Positions 1 to 13,287 of a stretch of 64,000 nt of DNA are shown piece by piece. Position 1 is the stretch's first letter. Every line of letters starts with the position of its first letter. The translations under genes were made by a program, and so were the position numbers. The notes beneath the pieces are model-generated. The model did no database searches and was not told the origin of the DNA. It saw nothing but the letters and a program-made list of their open reading frames with translations. The stretch is from Coraliomargarita sp. (GTDB lineage Bacteria; Verrucomicrobiota; Verrucomicrobiia; Opitutales; Coraliomargaritaceae). The stretch covers positions 2,304,001 through 2,368,000 of the forward strand of contig OZ244160.1 in the NCBI GenBank assembly GCA_965216325.1, in the 5' to 3' direction.

Positions 1-529
1 GTATTGGCTTACGGTGAATTACCGTGAGTCCTACAATATGCACGCCACCAATGGCATTCTCTTCAACCACGAATCACCGCGCCGCGGCGAAACGTTCGTG
101 ACACGTAAGATCACTCGCGCGGCGACCCGGATTAAGCTCGGCCTTCAGGACAAGCTCTATCTTGGCAATCTCGATGCGCAGCGTGACTGGGGATACGCTA
201 AGGAATACGTCGAAGCGATGTGGTTGATGCTGCAGCAGGAAGAGGGGGATGACTACGTAATGGCGACCAACGAAACCAATTCGGTTAAAGACTTCGTGAT
301 CGAAACCTTCAATAACCTCGATCTGGACTGGGAAAAGTATGTCGAATACGACAAGCGCTATGAGCGTCCGACTGAGGTGGACGTGTTGATTGGCGACCCA
401 GCGAAGGCCAAGAAGCAACTTGGCTGGGAGCCGAAGGTGAAGTTCAAGGAACTCGTTAAGATTATGGTGGATGCGGACCTCGTCCTCGCGAAGCAAGAAT
501 TGGCTTACAAGCAAGCGACCAATAGCTAG
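1..529 (+). CDS. gmd: GDP-mannose 4,6-dehydratase (5'-truncated by window edge)
   Basis: [22 protein letters not shown] and [13 protein letters not shown] motifs; frame open from the window start; followed by fcl. Confidence 0.97.
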   Translation, partial: YWLTVNYRESYNMHATNGILFNHESPRRGETFVTRKITRAATRIKLGLQDKLYLGNLDAQRDWGYAKEYVEAMWLMLQQEEGDDYVMATNETNSVKDFVIETFNNLDLDWEKYVEYDKRYERPTEVDVLIGDPAKAKKQLGWEPKVKFKELVKIMVDADLVLAKQELAYKQATNS

Positions 530-535
530 TTCAAA

Positions 536-614
536 TTCTTAATCGTAATCCTACTCTTAATCTTAATCCCCCTGATTCTAGATTAGGATTATGAGTAAGA
601 ATAAGAGTAAGATT
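536..614. repeat. Hexamer-periodic inverted array (TCTTAA/TCTTAC ... GTAAGA/TTAAGA)
   Basis: Left arm 536-568 and right arm 581-614 are reverse-complementary degenerate 6-mer arrays; a sister copy lies at 63184-63274. Confidence 0.85.
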
Positions 615-618
615 GTTT

Positions 619-1566
619 ATGGATAAGACATCAAAAATCTACGTAGCAGGACATCGCGGGATGGTGGGCTCTGCGGTGGTCCGCGCGCTACGCTTCGCGG
701 GCTATGAGAACATTGTAACACGCACTCGAAGTGAGCTCGATCTGACCTCACAAGCAGCGGTGCGTGAATTCTACGCTGAGGAAACGCCGGATGTCGCGAT
801 TATCGCTGCGGCGCGTGTGGGTGGAATCCATGCCAACAATACCTATCCGGCTGAGTTCATGTTCGAGAACCTTGCAATCGCTCAGAATACCATCGATGAG
901 GCTTATCGATCAGGGGTGACTCGCTTGCTGTTCCTTGGCAGCACCTGTATTTATCCGAAATTTGCTGAGCAGCCGATTCGGGAGGACTCCTTGCTGACTT
1001 CAGCGCTCGAGCCTACCAATGAAGCGTATGCGATCGCGAAGATCGCAGGCTTGAAGCTTTGCGAGTTCTACCGTCGCCAATACGGAGTGTGCTATCACTC
1101 CGCGATGCCGACCAACCTCTATGGTCCAGGTGACAACTATCACCCGCAGAACTCACATGTCTTGCCAGCGCTGATTCGACGCTTTCACGAGTCGAAACTC
1201 AGCAATGCTCCGGAGATTGTCATTTGGGGTACTGGCACTCCACTGCGTGAATTTCTGCATGCGGACGATGCGGCAGCCGGGATCTTGCATCTGCTGCAAC
1301 TGGAGAATCCGCCCGATTGGGTCAACCTCGGTAGCGGCAAGGAAATCTCGATCAGTAATCTTGCACGACTAATTCAAGACAGCGTGGGTTACGAGGGTGA
1401 GCTAAGCTTTGATGCCAGCAAGCCGGATGGCACACCGCGGAAGCTGACAGACATCTCCCGCATCAAGGCAACTGGCTGGGAGCCCAGGATTCCCATCGAG
1501 CAGGGCGTTCCGATGGCCTACGAGTCGTTCCTGCAGGAGCTGGCTGAGGGTAGCCTGCGTGAGTGA
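619..1566 (+). CDS. fcl: GDP-L-fucose synthase
   Basis: [31 protein letters not shown] and YAIAK catalytic motif; ATG at 619. Confidence 0.97.
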   Translation: MDKTSKIYVAGHRGMVGSAVVRALRFAGYENIVTRTRSELDLTSQAAVREFYAEETPDVAIIAAARVGGIHANNTYPAEFMFENLAIAQNTIDEAYRSGVTRLLFLGSTCIYPKFAEQPIREDSLLTSALEPTNEAYAIAKIAGLKLCEFYRRQYGVCYHSAMPTNLYGPGDNYHPQNSHVLPALIRRFHESKLSNAPEIVIWGTGTPLREFLHADDAAAGILHLLQLENPPDWVNLGSGKEISISNLARLIQDSVGYEGELSFDASKPDGTPRKLTDISRIKATGWEPRIPIEQGVPMAYESFLQELAEGSLRE

Positions 1567-1571
1567 TTGAG

Positions 1572-2855
1572 CTACATGCTCAGTTCGCGGCTGACGGCCA
1601 TCACGCTGGTGATGATGCCCATGGCGATGAGCGCAACCATCAGGAATGCGGTAACCAGGGCGGCGGTGGAGACCATTGCGGTGAGTCCGGTTAAGCGTTT
1701 GGTGAGTTCATCGCGGAAGCCGCGAGTGACCTCGTCCATGCTATGTGCGAGGTTGCCGGTGTTCTCACCTACTGCGAGGATGTCGAGTGAGAGGTCTGGC
1801 ATGAATTCGTTGCGCTTGAAGGCCTGGGAGATGCCGAGGCCCTCATTGATTTGCCCGCGTGCGTTGTGGAAACGTTCTCGCAATTCGGTGTTCTTGATCG
1901 TGCGTTCGGTTAGGCGCAGGGTTTCGGTGGTGTTGATGCCGCTCTCAAGCAAGGTGCTTACCAAGTTGCCGGATTGAAAGAGGTCGGAGAGTAGGATGAT
2001 TTTGCCCAATAGTGGGAATTTGAGCAGCCAGCGGTCGGTTGTGCTCAAGCCTTTATCGGTCTTACGCCACCGTTCGAAGGCGATCGCGCCAATCACGACT
2101 AGGGCAATGGCATAGGGGCCGTAGGCAATGAGGAAGTCGGCGCCACCGATGAGAATTTTGGCACTCATGGTCATCTCGCCCCCGAGTTGATCGAGCATCC
2201 CCTGAATTTGAGGGAGCAGCACGGTCAGGAAGATGACGACCACGACGAGGGCAACGGAACAGATCAGAGACGGGTAGGCCATGCTCGCGATCATCTTCTT
2301 GCGAATGGCCTGCTTCTCTTCGAGGTAGTCGATGACTTTGCGCAGAATCGGGGCGAGGCTGCCGGTGGCTTCACCCGCTTCGATTACGTAGCTGACGGAG
2401 CCGGAAAAGTATTTGGGCTGGCGGTTGAGAGCCCCGGCAAGCGTGGCACCTTCGCTGAGGTCACGCCAGAGCTGGTTTGCGAGGGCTTTTTGTTCCGGAT
2501 CACTCAGGCGCTGGCTGAGGATTCGGATCGAATCACCGATTGGCAGACCTGAGTTGTGGAGTTCCAGTAGACGCTTTAGGAAATTGAATCCGACTTTCTC
2601 GCGTTTCGGTGTGCCACCGCTGATGGGTTTGCCCAGATTCGCTTCATCGTTTGTCTTGGCTGGGGATTGTAGTGCTTTAGCTTTGTTGACCCATTGCCCC
2701 AGGCTGAAGCCTTTGCGCTTGGCCTCAGTAACGGTGACTGGGTGCAGCCCGTCTTGCTGTAGGCGCTGTACGGCCGCCCGTCGGTCGGTTGCTTCAAGCG
2801 TGCCGGTTGTGATCGGTCCTGATTTTTGGCGGGCTTTGTAGTCGAACTGAGGCAT
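1572..2855 (-). CDS. Type II secretion system F / PilC family inner-membrane platform protein
   Basis: MPQFDYKA N-terminus, two T2SSF repeats ([16 protein letters not shown]), AYP motif, three TM helices. Confidence 0.9.
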   Translation of the reverse strand: MPQFDYKARQKSGPITTGTLEATDRRAAVQRLQQDGLHPVTVTEAKRKGFSLGQWVNKAKALQSPAKTNDEANLGKPISGGTPKREKVGFNFLKRLLELHNSGLPIGDSIRILSQRLSDPEQKALANQLWRDLSEGATLAGALNRQPKYFSGSVSYVIEAGEATGSLAPILRKVIDYLEEKQAIRKKMIASMAYPSLICSVALVVVVIFLTVLLPQIQGMLDQLGGEMTMSAKILIGGADFLIAYGPYAIALVVIGAIAFERWRKTDKGLSTTDRWLLKFPLLGKIILLSDLFQSGNLVSTLLESGINTTETLRLTERTIKNTELRERFHNARGQINEGLGISQAFKRNEFMPDLSLDILAVGENTGNLAHSMDEVTRGFRDELTKRLTGLTAMVSTAALVTAFLMVALIAMGIITSVMAVSRELSM

Positions 2856-3008
2856 CGTAGTTTGATGATAGGGCTACGCAGATTTTTTCACGAGTCGATG
2901 CTGTATTTTCGTTGGAGAAGGATTCCTGTGGAACGTGAATTTGAGGACTGTGTCTGGTGGAGGGTGCTTGCCTTTTGTTGGCGGGCAGTTCTACGCTATT
3001 TTTATACT

Positions 3009-3803
3009 ATGAGGTCGGTTTTTTTCAGTATGCTTTTGAGTGCCGTGTCCCTATCTGCTCTAGCGCAGGTGAATGCGGAGGTGTTGACCTATCCTGATGG
3101 CGAGGCTCCGCTTACTGTTCGCCAGAAATCGATGCCGAGTTTGAATGCGGCGTCCAAGTTGGGAAAGATTTTGACCCGTTATTACTCCGAGGGACTGGGG
3201 GGGCCGGATCATTGGAGTCAGATTGAGAGTCTACGAGTCAGTGGGACGATTGAAGTCGGAGACCAAGTGATGGAGATCAGCGCGTATCAAAAGAAGCCGA
3301 GTTACATTAAAATGGCGCTTAGAACTGAGTTGGGGAATGAAGTCTTTCTCGGTTACGATGGGAAGGATGCGTGGCGACAGGACGGTGAGTTTTTGCCCGC
3401 CAAGCCAATGGCAGAGCATGAGGCGCGGCGCTTTATCCACTCCGCTCATTTCGGAAATCACTTATTGTATCCTTACGCAAAAGGTAAGCGTATTGAATAT
3501 GTCGATACAGTCCCTGTTGACTCGGCGATTTGTCACCAAATTAGAGTGTCGTTGCCGACAGGCTATGTGGTCGACTATTTTATCGATATTCGCAGCTATC
3601 TTGAGGTTAAAGTAGTCAATGAAGACACTGAGACAGGCTTGGTGAGTGAGGTTGTCTACGAGGACTATATTCGAGAATTTGGTATGCCAATTGCAAAGCG
3701 GGTGCGTAACTATGAGGCTGGGGAGTTGGTCTCGTTCCTCGAGTTGACCGAGGTGAAGGTGAATACGGGAATCATGCCCTTCATGTTTCATATGCCTAAA
3801 TAA
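3009..3803 (+). CDS. Secreted protein, LolA-like/outer-membrane lipoprotein-sorting-type fold (putative)
   Basis: Signal peptide from ATG 3009; GG-x-W, GYDGKDAW and C-terminal beta-rich YEDYIREFGMPIA...VKVNTG pattern. Confidence 0.6.
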   Translation: MRSVFFSMLLSAVSLSALAQVNAEVLTYPDGEAPLTVRQKSMPSLNAASKLGKILTRYYSEGLGGPDHWSQIESLRVSGTIEVGDQVMEISAYQKKPSYIKMALRTELGNEVFLGYDGKDAWRQDGEFLPAKPMAEHEARRFIHSAHFGNHLLYPYAKGKRIEYVDTVPVDSAICHQIRVSLPTGYVVDYFIDIRSYLEVKVVNEDTETGLVSEVVYEDYIREFGMPIAKRVRNYEAGELVSFLELTEVKVNTGIMPFMFHMPK

Positions 3804-3823
3804 ATTAGGGGTTCCTTGATCGA

Positions 3824-4759
3824 ATGAAGAAACTAGTCGCAACGGCGCTCTGTGCTCTCACATCTTTGTGTGGCCAAGAGCTTGAGGAATCCTATCGCCC
3901 GAATCCAGCGGAGGCGATGCGCACAACTGGGCAGCCAGCAGCAATGGAGACTTTATTGCAGGGGTATTATCAGAACACTTTGGGCGGCAGCGTGAATTGG
4001 GGCAGAGTTCAAAGTGTGCGCTTTCATGGTGTGCTTGAGTTGCCTCAAGGAATGGTCGAGTTCATTGCGTTCAAGAAGAAGCCGAATTACTGCAAGGTCG
4101 TGCTTTATGGTGCTGAAGGTATGCGCTTGGTCATGGCAACCGATGGTGAGGATTCCTGGCAGTTGGTCACCGATGATGCGTCCGAACCGGTTGATATGCC
4201 TGAAGCGGATGCAATAAATTTCCTGCGGGATGCCAGTATTGGCGGGCATTTAGTGTATCCGAACTGGCCAGGAAAGACGATTGAATTACTGGGCATCGAG
4301 CGTGTGGCTGAGGAAATGTGTTACCGTGTTCGGGTCAGTTTACCTGCTGGTCTCGTCGTTGAATATTTCATTGGCCTTACTGACTTTGTGGAGCGGCGGC
4401 AGGTTGTGACGAATGCTGCGACTGGGCAGCAGGAAGTGATCGATCACTTTGAGCATCGGGAGGTGCATGGCTTGAAGATCCCTTTCCGTAGTGTGATGTC
4501 GGCAGATGGCGAACAGGTTCACACAGTTCGTTTGTTGGACGTGGACGTGAACATTGGAGTCACCTCATGGATGTTTGCCCGAGATTCTGCTGCCTACGTG
4601 CCCAAAGCAGGACGCGAGGCAGTCAGCGTTTCGGGTGATCGTGCTGTAGACTTGTCCTTCCCCGGCGATGATTCGGCGATGGAGTCACGCTTTAAAATGC
4701 CTGAAATCAATGCCGAGCAGCGGGAGGAACTGCTGCGCGATATTGATGTAGAGCTTTAA
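3824..4759 (+). CDS. Secreted paralog of the upstream protein
   Basis: Shares YY..LGG..W, KKPxYxK, DGxDxW, FxxxAxxGxHLxYP and VNxG motifs with 3009-3803; has a signal peptide. Confidence 0.6.
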   Translation: MKKLVATALCALTSLCGQELEESYRPNPAEAMRTTGQPAAMETLLQGYYQNTLGGSVNWGRVQSVRFHGVLELPQGMVEFIAFKKKPNYCKVVLYGAEGMRLVMATDGEDSWQLVTDDASEPVDMPEADAINFLRDASIGGHLVYPNWPGKTIELLGIERVAEEMCYRVRVSLPAGLVVEYFIGLTDFVERRQVVTNAATGQQEVIDHFEHREVHGLKIPFRSVMSADGEQVHTVRLLDVDVNIGVTSWMFARDSAAYVPKAGREAVSVSGDRAVDLSFPGDDSAMESRFKMPEINAEQREELLRDIDVEL

Positions 4760-5553
4760 GCGTTGTGAAAAGCCTCGACCAGCTCTTCGGGGTCTTCGCT
4801 GCGCATGAGTGCTTCACCGACTAGAATGGCATCGGCTCCGCAAGCGCTGGCGCGCTCGGCGTCCTCAACTTCAAAAATGCCGCTTTCGCTGACTTTAATG
4901 ATGTCGTCTGGGATTTGAGGTATCAGCAGTTCGGATACCGCAAGATCTGTCTTGAAGCGCTTTAGGTCGCGATTGTTTACGCCGACAATTTTGGGATCAA
5001 ACTTGAGTGCTTTCTCGAGCTCACGTTCCTCGTGGATTTCAAACAGCGCATCCAGCCCGGCAATGCTAGCGGCTTCGTAAAGCACCTTGATGTCATCGTC
5101 TTCCAGTGCGCGGACAATGATCAGGATGCAGCGTGCTCCGGCTTCGGCCGCCTCGAGCACTTGGATCGGGTGGATCATGAAGTCCTTACGTAGGCAAGGA
5201 GTTGGGCGTTGGTGTTCTTCCAGAAAATCGACGACGTCCCAAAGGTCACGCAGTGTGCCGCCAAAGTAATCGGTGTCTGTGAGGACGGAGAAACAGTCGG
5301 CCTCGGCATTGACGTATTTGCGGGCTTGTTCGACGGCATCGAGGTCCTGTGCTGCGATTTGTCCTGCTGATGGAGACTTACGCTTGATCTCAGCAATCAC
5401 GGAAAGGCGGTCCTTGCGTGCCAGTGCGTCCAGGAAGCTTCCGCCTTGTTTGCGGATGCCTGCCATGCGCTCCAGTTCCGATTCGCGCACGGGGCGGATC
5501 AAATGCTGAAGTGCCTGCCGCTTCGCGGCCATGATTTCCGATAGTTTGTCCAT
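4756..5553 (-). CDS. trpC: Indole-3-glycerol phosphate synthase
   Basis: IAEIKRKSPSAG, SVLTD, LRKDF, GVNNRDL and SESGI motifs. Confidence 0.97.
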   Translation of the reverse strand: MDKLSEIMAAKRQALQHLIRPVRESELERMAGIRKQGGSFLDALARKDRLSVIAEIKRKSPSAGQIAAQDLDAVEQARKYVNAEADCFSVLTDTDYFGGTLRDLWDVVDFLEEHQRPTPCLRKDFMIHPIQVLEAAEAGARCILIIVRALEDDDIKVLYEAASIAGLDALFEIHEERELEKALKFDPKIVGVNNRDLKRFKTDLAVSELLIPQIPDDIIKVSESGIFEVEDAERASACGADAILVGEALMRSEDPEELVEAFHNA

Positions 5554-5558
5554 TGCTG

Positions 5559-5643
5559 TGAACTTCGAACATTGAACGCCGAACTTTCAACATCGAATTT
5601 TCATTGGCTTTGATTCGATGTCGGACGTTCGGTGTTAGACGTT
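5559..5643. repeat. Heptamer-periodic inverted array (TCGAACR ... YGTTCGA)
   Basis: gaacttc-gaacatt-gaacgcc-gaacttt-caacatc followed by a complementary arm 5613-5643; relatives at 19933, 40308 and 42232. Confidence 0.85.
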
Positions 5644-5644
5644 A

Positions 5645-6172
5645 TCACGATGCGTTTTTGCGTGCAGCGACCCAGTCGACTATTTTTTCGGGTTCGTCTT
5701 CGTAGGCCCAGGCGACTCGTAGGAACTCTGCTGGGTGAATATTGTTGGTCTTGAAGAACTTTCGGTCGCCGCCGCAGCCATACATGGTCTCTGTGGGGAG
5801 TTCGCCGCGGAGCTTTGCGATGGCCTTGGGCATGATGCGGGGTAGCCAGAGGATGTCGCGAACTTCTTCGGTTTTTGCGGGCAGTGTTGAAGAGTCGAGT
5901 GTCTCGTTGGAATGTACGCCTTTTTGCTTTGTCAGGAAATAGTCCCGGCGGACTTCATGAACCATGAGGAAGGTCTCAAAGTCAGGCTCGCCGCCGTTGA
6001 CGTAGTCTTCGGCGTAGTCGAAGACGTCCATAAGTGTGACGCCGAGTTGTGCGAGTTCTGTGAGTGTCACTTCGTCGAGAAAGCCGTCCGGTGTTTGGTG
6101 GCCGGATTCGTATTTTGCCACGGCATCGGTCCAAATCGCTTTGAGTCGTTGTTGGTAGGTGTAGTGATTCAT
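5645..6172 (-). CDS. DUF5069-like protein
   Basis: WLPRIMPKAIAKLRGEL...YGCGGDRKFF motif resembles DUF5069. Confidence 0.65.
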   Translation of the reverse strand: MNHYTYQQRLKAIWTDAVAKYESGHQTPDGFLDEVTLTELAQLGVTLMDVFDYAEDYVNGGEPDFETFLMVHEVRRDYFLTKQKGVHSNETLDSSTLPAKTEEVRDILWLPRIMPKAIAKLRGELPTETMYGCGGDRKFFKTNNIHPAEFLRVAWAYEDEPEKIVDWVAARKNAS

Positions 6173-6247
6173 GGTATGAGGGATGAAGGCTTAAACTTGA
6201 GTCATGCGTTTTAAACTCAGGTTTCAAGTGTCAGGTGTCAGCTTTCG

Positions 6248-6859
6248 CTAATCCGGGCTGAAGCCTGCTTTCCATTCATCGAGTGGAACGACTTCAGGGA
6301 GTTCGCCATTGGCGTGGAACCACGAATCGATCGCATAGGCGTCGCCGGTTTCGTTCTCTAGCACGATGGCAGTGTTGTGCGGTAGGCGCCCTTGTATGAA
6401 GCCGCGGTGCTGCGGATAGCCAACCGTGTGGTAGTGGAGGAGGCCGCTGTTCTGAAAGAGCGTAAGGGCTACGGTCGTGTTGGTCGCTTCGGCGATGCAG
6501 TCCAGTTGGGCGCCGTGATTGTCGCCCTCGCGGCGATTGCGTGGGCGGTCGACATGGGTACCGTTCTTCTCGCCAATGATCTGTTCCATCGCTGCGATTG
6601 CAATTCGCAGGCGCTCGCGCTCTTCACCGGCACTTTGTGGAGCGGGTTCAAAAATCGCTGTGATACTTTGCCACTCGGCCGGAGTGTAGCCTAGCGTGCT
6701 GAGTTCGCGACAGCCGGCCTTGCGGCAAACCGTGAACTCTTCGACGGTTGGCTCCGCGCAGCGGTAGTGTCTGAGATAGTGCCCGGGGTCGCGTGTGGTT
6801 CCGCAGCCGACAACAAGCAGAGTTACTAGGCTGATGGCTGCGGAGATGAATCGGTTCAT
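6248..6859 (-). CDS. Putative lipoprotein, conserved hypothetical
   Basis: Lipobox VVGC; QLDCIAEATNTT, HNTA and AIDSWF give a Cys-His-Asp arrangement. Confidence 0.7.
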   Translation of the reverse strand: MNRFISAAISLVTLLVVGCGTTRDPGHYLRHYRCAEPTVEEFTVCRKAGCRELSTLGYTPAEWQSITAIFEPAPQSAGEERERLRIAIAAMEQIIGEKNGTHVDRPRNRREGDNHGAQLDCIAEATNTTVALTLFQNSGLLHYHTVGYPQHRGFIQGRLPHNTAIVLENETGDAYAIDSWFHANGELPEVVPLDEWKAGFSPD

Positions 6860-6920
6860 AAGCTTGGATTGAGCTGCCTACATTCGACAAGCTCATGCCA
6901 GGGAAGGCGGGACCCCAACC

Positions 6921-8531
<1,611 letters not shown>

Positions 8532-8886
8532 CTAAAATCAAAAGGCGGCCCACAGAATTGTGTAGGGGGCCGCGCATGGGCTGGCATTCAATCGACCCTG
8601 CTTTCGGGTTGGCAACCCTTTTTCCGTGTGAAGTTGAACTCAAATTCATGCTGATTAGAAAAACTGCTCATAGGTTCTGCTTGGATTAGTTTTTATGATT
8701 TAGGGTTGGACTTTTCTGTGCTCACGGCTTGTATGCCGCACTGCTGCAGTGCAAGGCGAGGCTTCGTCCTGTAGGGCTGCTAATCTGACCTATTGGTTTG
8801 CCTAATAGATCATTTAGAACAGCTTGCGGATTTGAAAAACTTATCGTGCCTAGTAGCAGTATCAATCGAACACACTCCTAAAGATC

Positions 8887-9708
8887 ATGCATACACTATG
8901 TAGCTTTCTGTCTTCCACCATTGGGCGGAAGATTCTAATGGCGCTAACTGGCCTCGTGCTGGTGCTCTTTGTATTGGGGCATATGCTGGGTAACCTCCAG
9001 ATTTTCCTCGGTGCAGATGTGATTAACGCCTACGCATACAAACTGCACCACTTGTTGCCTGCTTCCGCGCTTTGGGCGATTCGCCTGTTCCTGCTCGGCA
9101 CAATTGCAATTCACATCTGGTGCGCGATTACCCTGACGCTCGATAACAAGAAGGCACGTCCTCAAGGTTACGACGACGACAAGATGGTTCAAGCCAGCTA
9201 CTCGTCCCGCACTATGCGTATGAGCGGTATCATCCTGCTCGCCTTTATCATTTTCCACATTGCTCACTTCACAGTGCGCAACGTCCCAGGGATGCAGTAT
9301 GGCGATCCTGCTGTATTGAGCCCGAACGAAGTGCCTTTGGTGAAGCACGGTGAGGCTGTTCTGAAGAACGGCGAACCAATCATGACCTTCAACGTTAACG
9401 ACATGATGGTCGATGGCTTTCAAGTCTGGTGGGTCTCTGCATTCTACATCATCGCAACTGGTTTGCTTTGCATGCACCTTACACACGGTGTGAGCAGCAT
9501 GTTCCAATCAGTTGGTCTGCGTAACAAACTCTGGCGTGCACGTCTCGACAAGGTCGCGCTGGTTTACGGTTGGGTTGTGTTCCTCGGCTTTGCCGTGATC
9601 CCTGCCGCAACACTTGCCGGTTTGTTGAAGGAAGACCCATCCGGCGGTTTGGCTTCCAAAGCCTGCTGCCCTGCTGAAGTCGCTGAAGTAACTGAAACCA
9701 CCAAATAA
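8887..9708 (+). CDS. sdhC: Succinate dehydrogenase/fumarate reductase cytochrome b subunit
   Basis: [11 protein letters not shown], five TM helices with heme-ligand His (GHMLGNL, IHI, FHIAHF, HLTHG); first gene of the operon. Confidence 0.93.
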   Translation: MHTLCSFLSSTIGRKILMALTGLVLVLFVLGHMLGNLQIFLGADVINAYAYKLHHLLPASALWAIRLFLLGTIAIHIWCAITLTLDNKKARPQGYDDDKMVQASYSSRTMRMSGIILLAFIIFHIAHFTVRNVPGMQYGDPAVLSPNEVPLVKHGEAVLKNGEPIMTFNVNDMMVDGFQVWWVSAFYIIATGLLCMHLTHGVSSMFQSVGLRNKLWRARLDKVALVYGWVVFLGFAVIPAATLAGLLKEDPSGGLASKACCPAEVAEVTETTK

Positions 9709-9722
9709 GGAGCGAAGCACCG

Positions 9723-11666
<1,944 letters not shown>

Positions 11667-11687
11667 GCCTCAACCACAGAACACACC

Positions 11688-12461
<774 letters not shown>

Positions 12462-12485
12462 GCAGTCGAACCAATCAATTCCAAC

Positions 12486-12520
12486 AAAAGGCATCCGTCA
12501 TCCGGCGGGTGCCTTTTTTT
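12486..12520 (+). terminator. Rho-independent terminator of sdhCAB
   Basis: aaaaggcatccgtc-atcc-ggcgggtgcc followed by a T run. Confidence 0.88.
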
Positions 12521-12530
12521 GTGTTCAGGT

Positions 12531-12600
12531 GGACACCGAGGACGGTGTCCCTCCAAATAATGATCAGTTCTGATATGGAGGGACCGCGTCCTCGCGGTCC
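12531..12600. repeat. Inverted REP pair (TGGAG-type) upstream of RAYT
   Basis: ggacaccgaggacggtgtccctcca (12531-12555) facing tggagggaccgcgtcctcgcggtcc (12576-12600). Confidence 0.85.
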
Positions 12601-12647
12601 GCAACGTTAGGGTTGAATCGCTAGTGTTGCGTGCTAGCTTTTTGTGC

Positions 12648-13124
12648 ATGTCAGAATTGCCAGAGCGGAAACGTCCTCCGCACCATCCTGCCGTTGAGTT
12701 GTTTAATCGTTCTGTCATCATTTTCTTAACCATTTGCACCAGTGGACGTCGGTCATGGCTGGGTTGTGATGCAGCGCATGCAGCTTTTAAGAAAGCTTCG
12801 TCTGCTGCAACGCATTGGCAAGTCGGGCGCTATATCTTGATGCCGAATCATATCCATCTCTTTTGCTCGCCCGGAACAGCACCTCCTGAGCCTGTTGCCA
12901 GGTGGGTGAGTTATTGGAAACGCCAGTTCACTTTAGAGATATGCAAGACTATCCCTGGATTTAAGTGGCAGAGAGATTTCTGGGATACGCAACTGCGATC
13001 CGGCGATTCATATTCAGAGAAATGGGCTTATGTTCAAAACAACCCCGTGAGAGCTGGACTCCTTGAAAACTCGGAATCATGGCCTTATCAGGGAGAGTTA
13101 AATTCTTTGCAATGGCATGACTAG
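12648..13124 (+). CDS. REP-associated tyrosine transposase (RAYT, Y1 HUH family)
   Basis: IFLTICT, HUH motif MPNHIHL, WQRDFWD and catalytic YVQNNPVRAGL; flanked by REP palindromes. Confidence 0.92.
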   Translation: MSELPERKRPPHHPAVELFNRSVIIFLTICTSGRRSWLGCDAAHAAFKKASSAATHWQVGRYILMPNHIHLFCSPGTAPPEPVARWVSYWKRQFTLEICKTIPGFKWQRDFWDTQLRSGDSYSEKWAYVQNNPVRAGLLENSESWPYQGELNSLQWHD

Positions 13125-13133
13125 GCCTAATGC

Positions 13134-13197
13134 GGACACCGAGGACGGTGTCCCTCCAGGTCCATTTATTACAATTAATGTGGAGGGACTGCGTCCC
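13134..13197. repeat. Inverted REP pair downstream of RAYT (second copy truncated)
   Basis: 13134-13158 is identical to 12531-12555; tggagggactgcgtccc at 13181-13197. Confidence 0.82.
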
Positions 13198-13287
13198 CTC
13201 TATCCGATCGGGGTGGTGTTTGCTAAGCGAATCAACTTTGGAACCTCGTGGCTTGCTTTCTGTCGGAGCTTACGAACCTTACAGTTT

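Noticed and set aside
5559..5643. CRISPR array interpretation of the periodic or REP repeats
   Set aside because: There is no constant repeat with unique spacers and no cas genes.
13117..13287. N-terminal extension of degP (similarly for ORFs starting at 2826, 21841, 33047 and 33056)
   Set aside because: The extensions cross REPs, intergenic DNA or neighbouring genes. Downstream ATGs give the proper signal peptide or family N-terminus.
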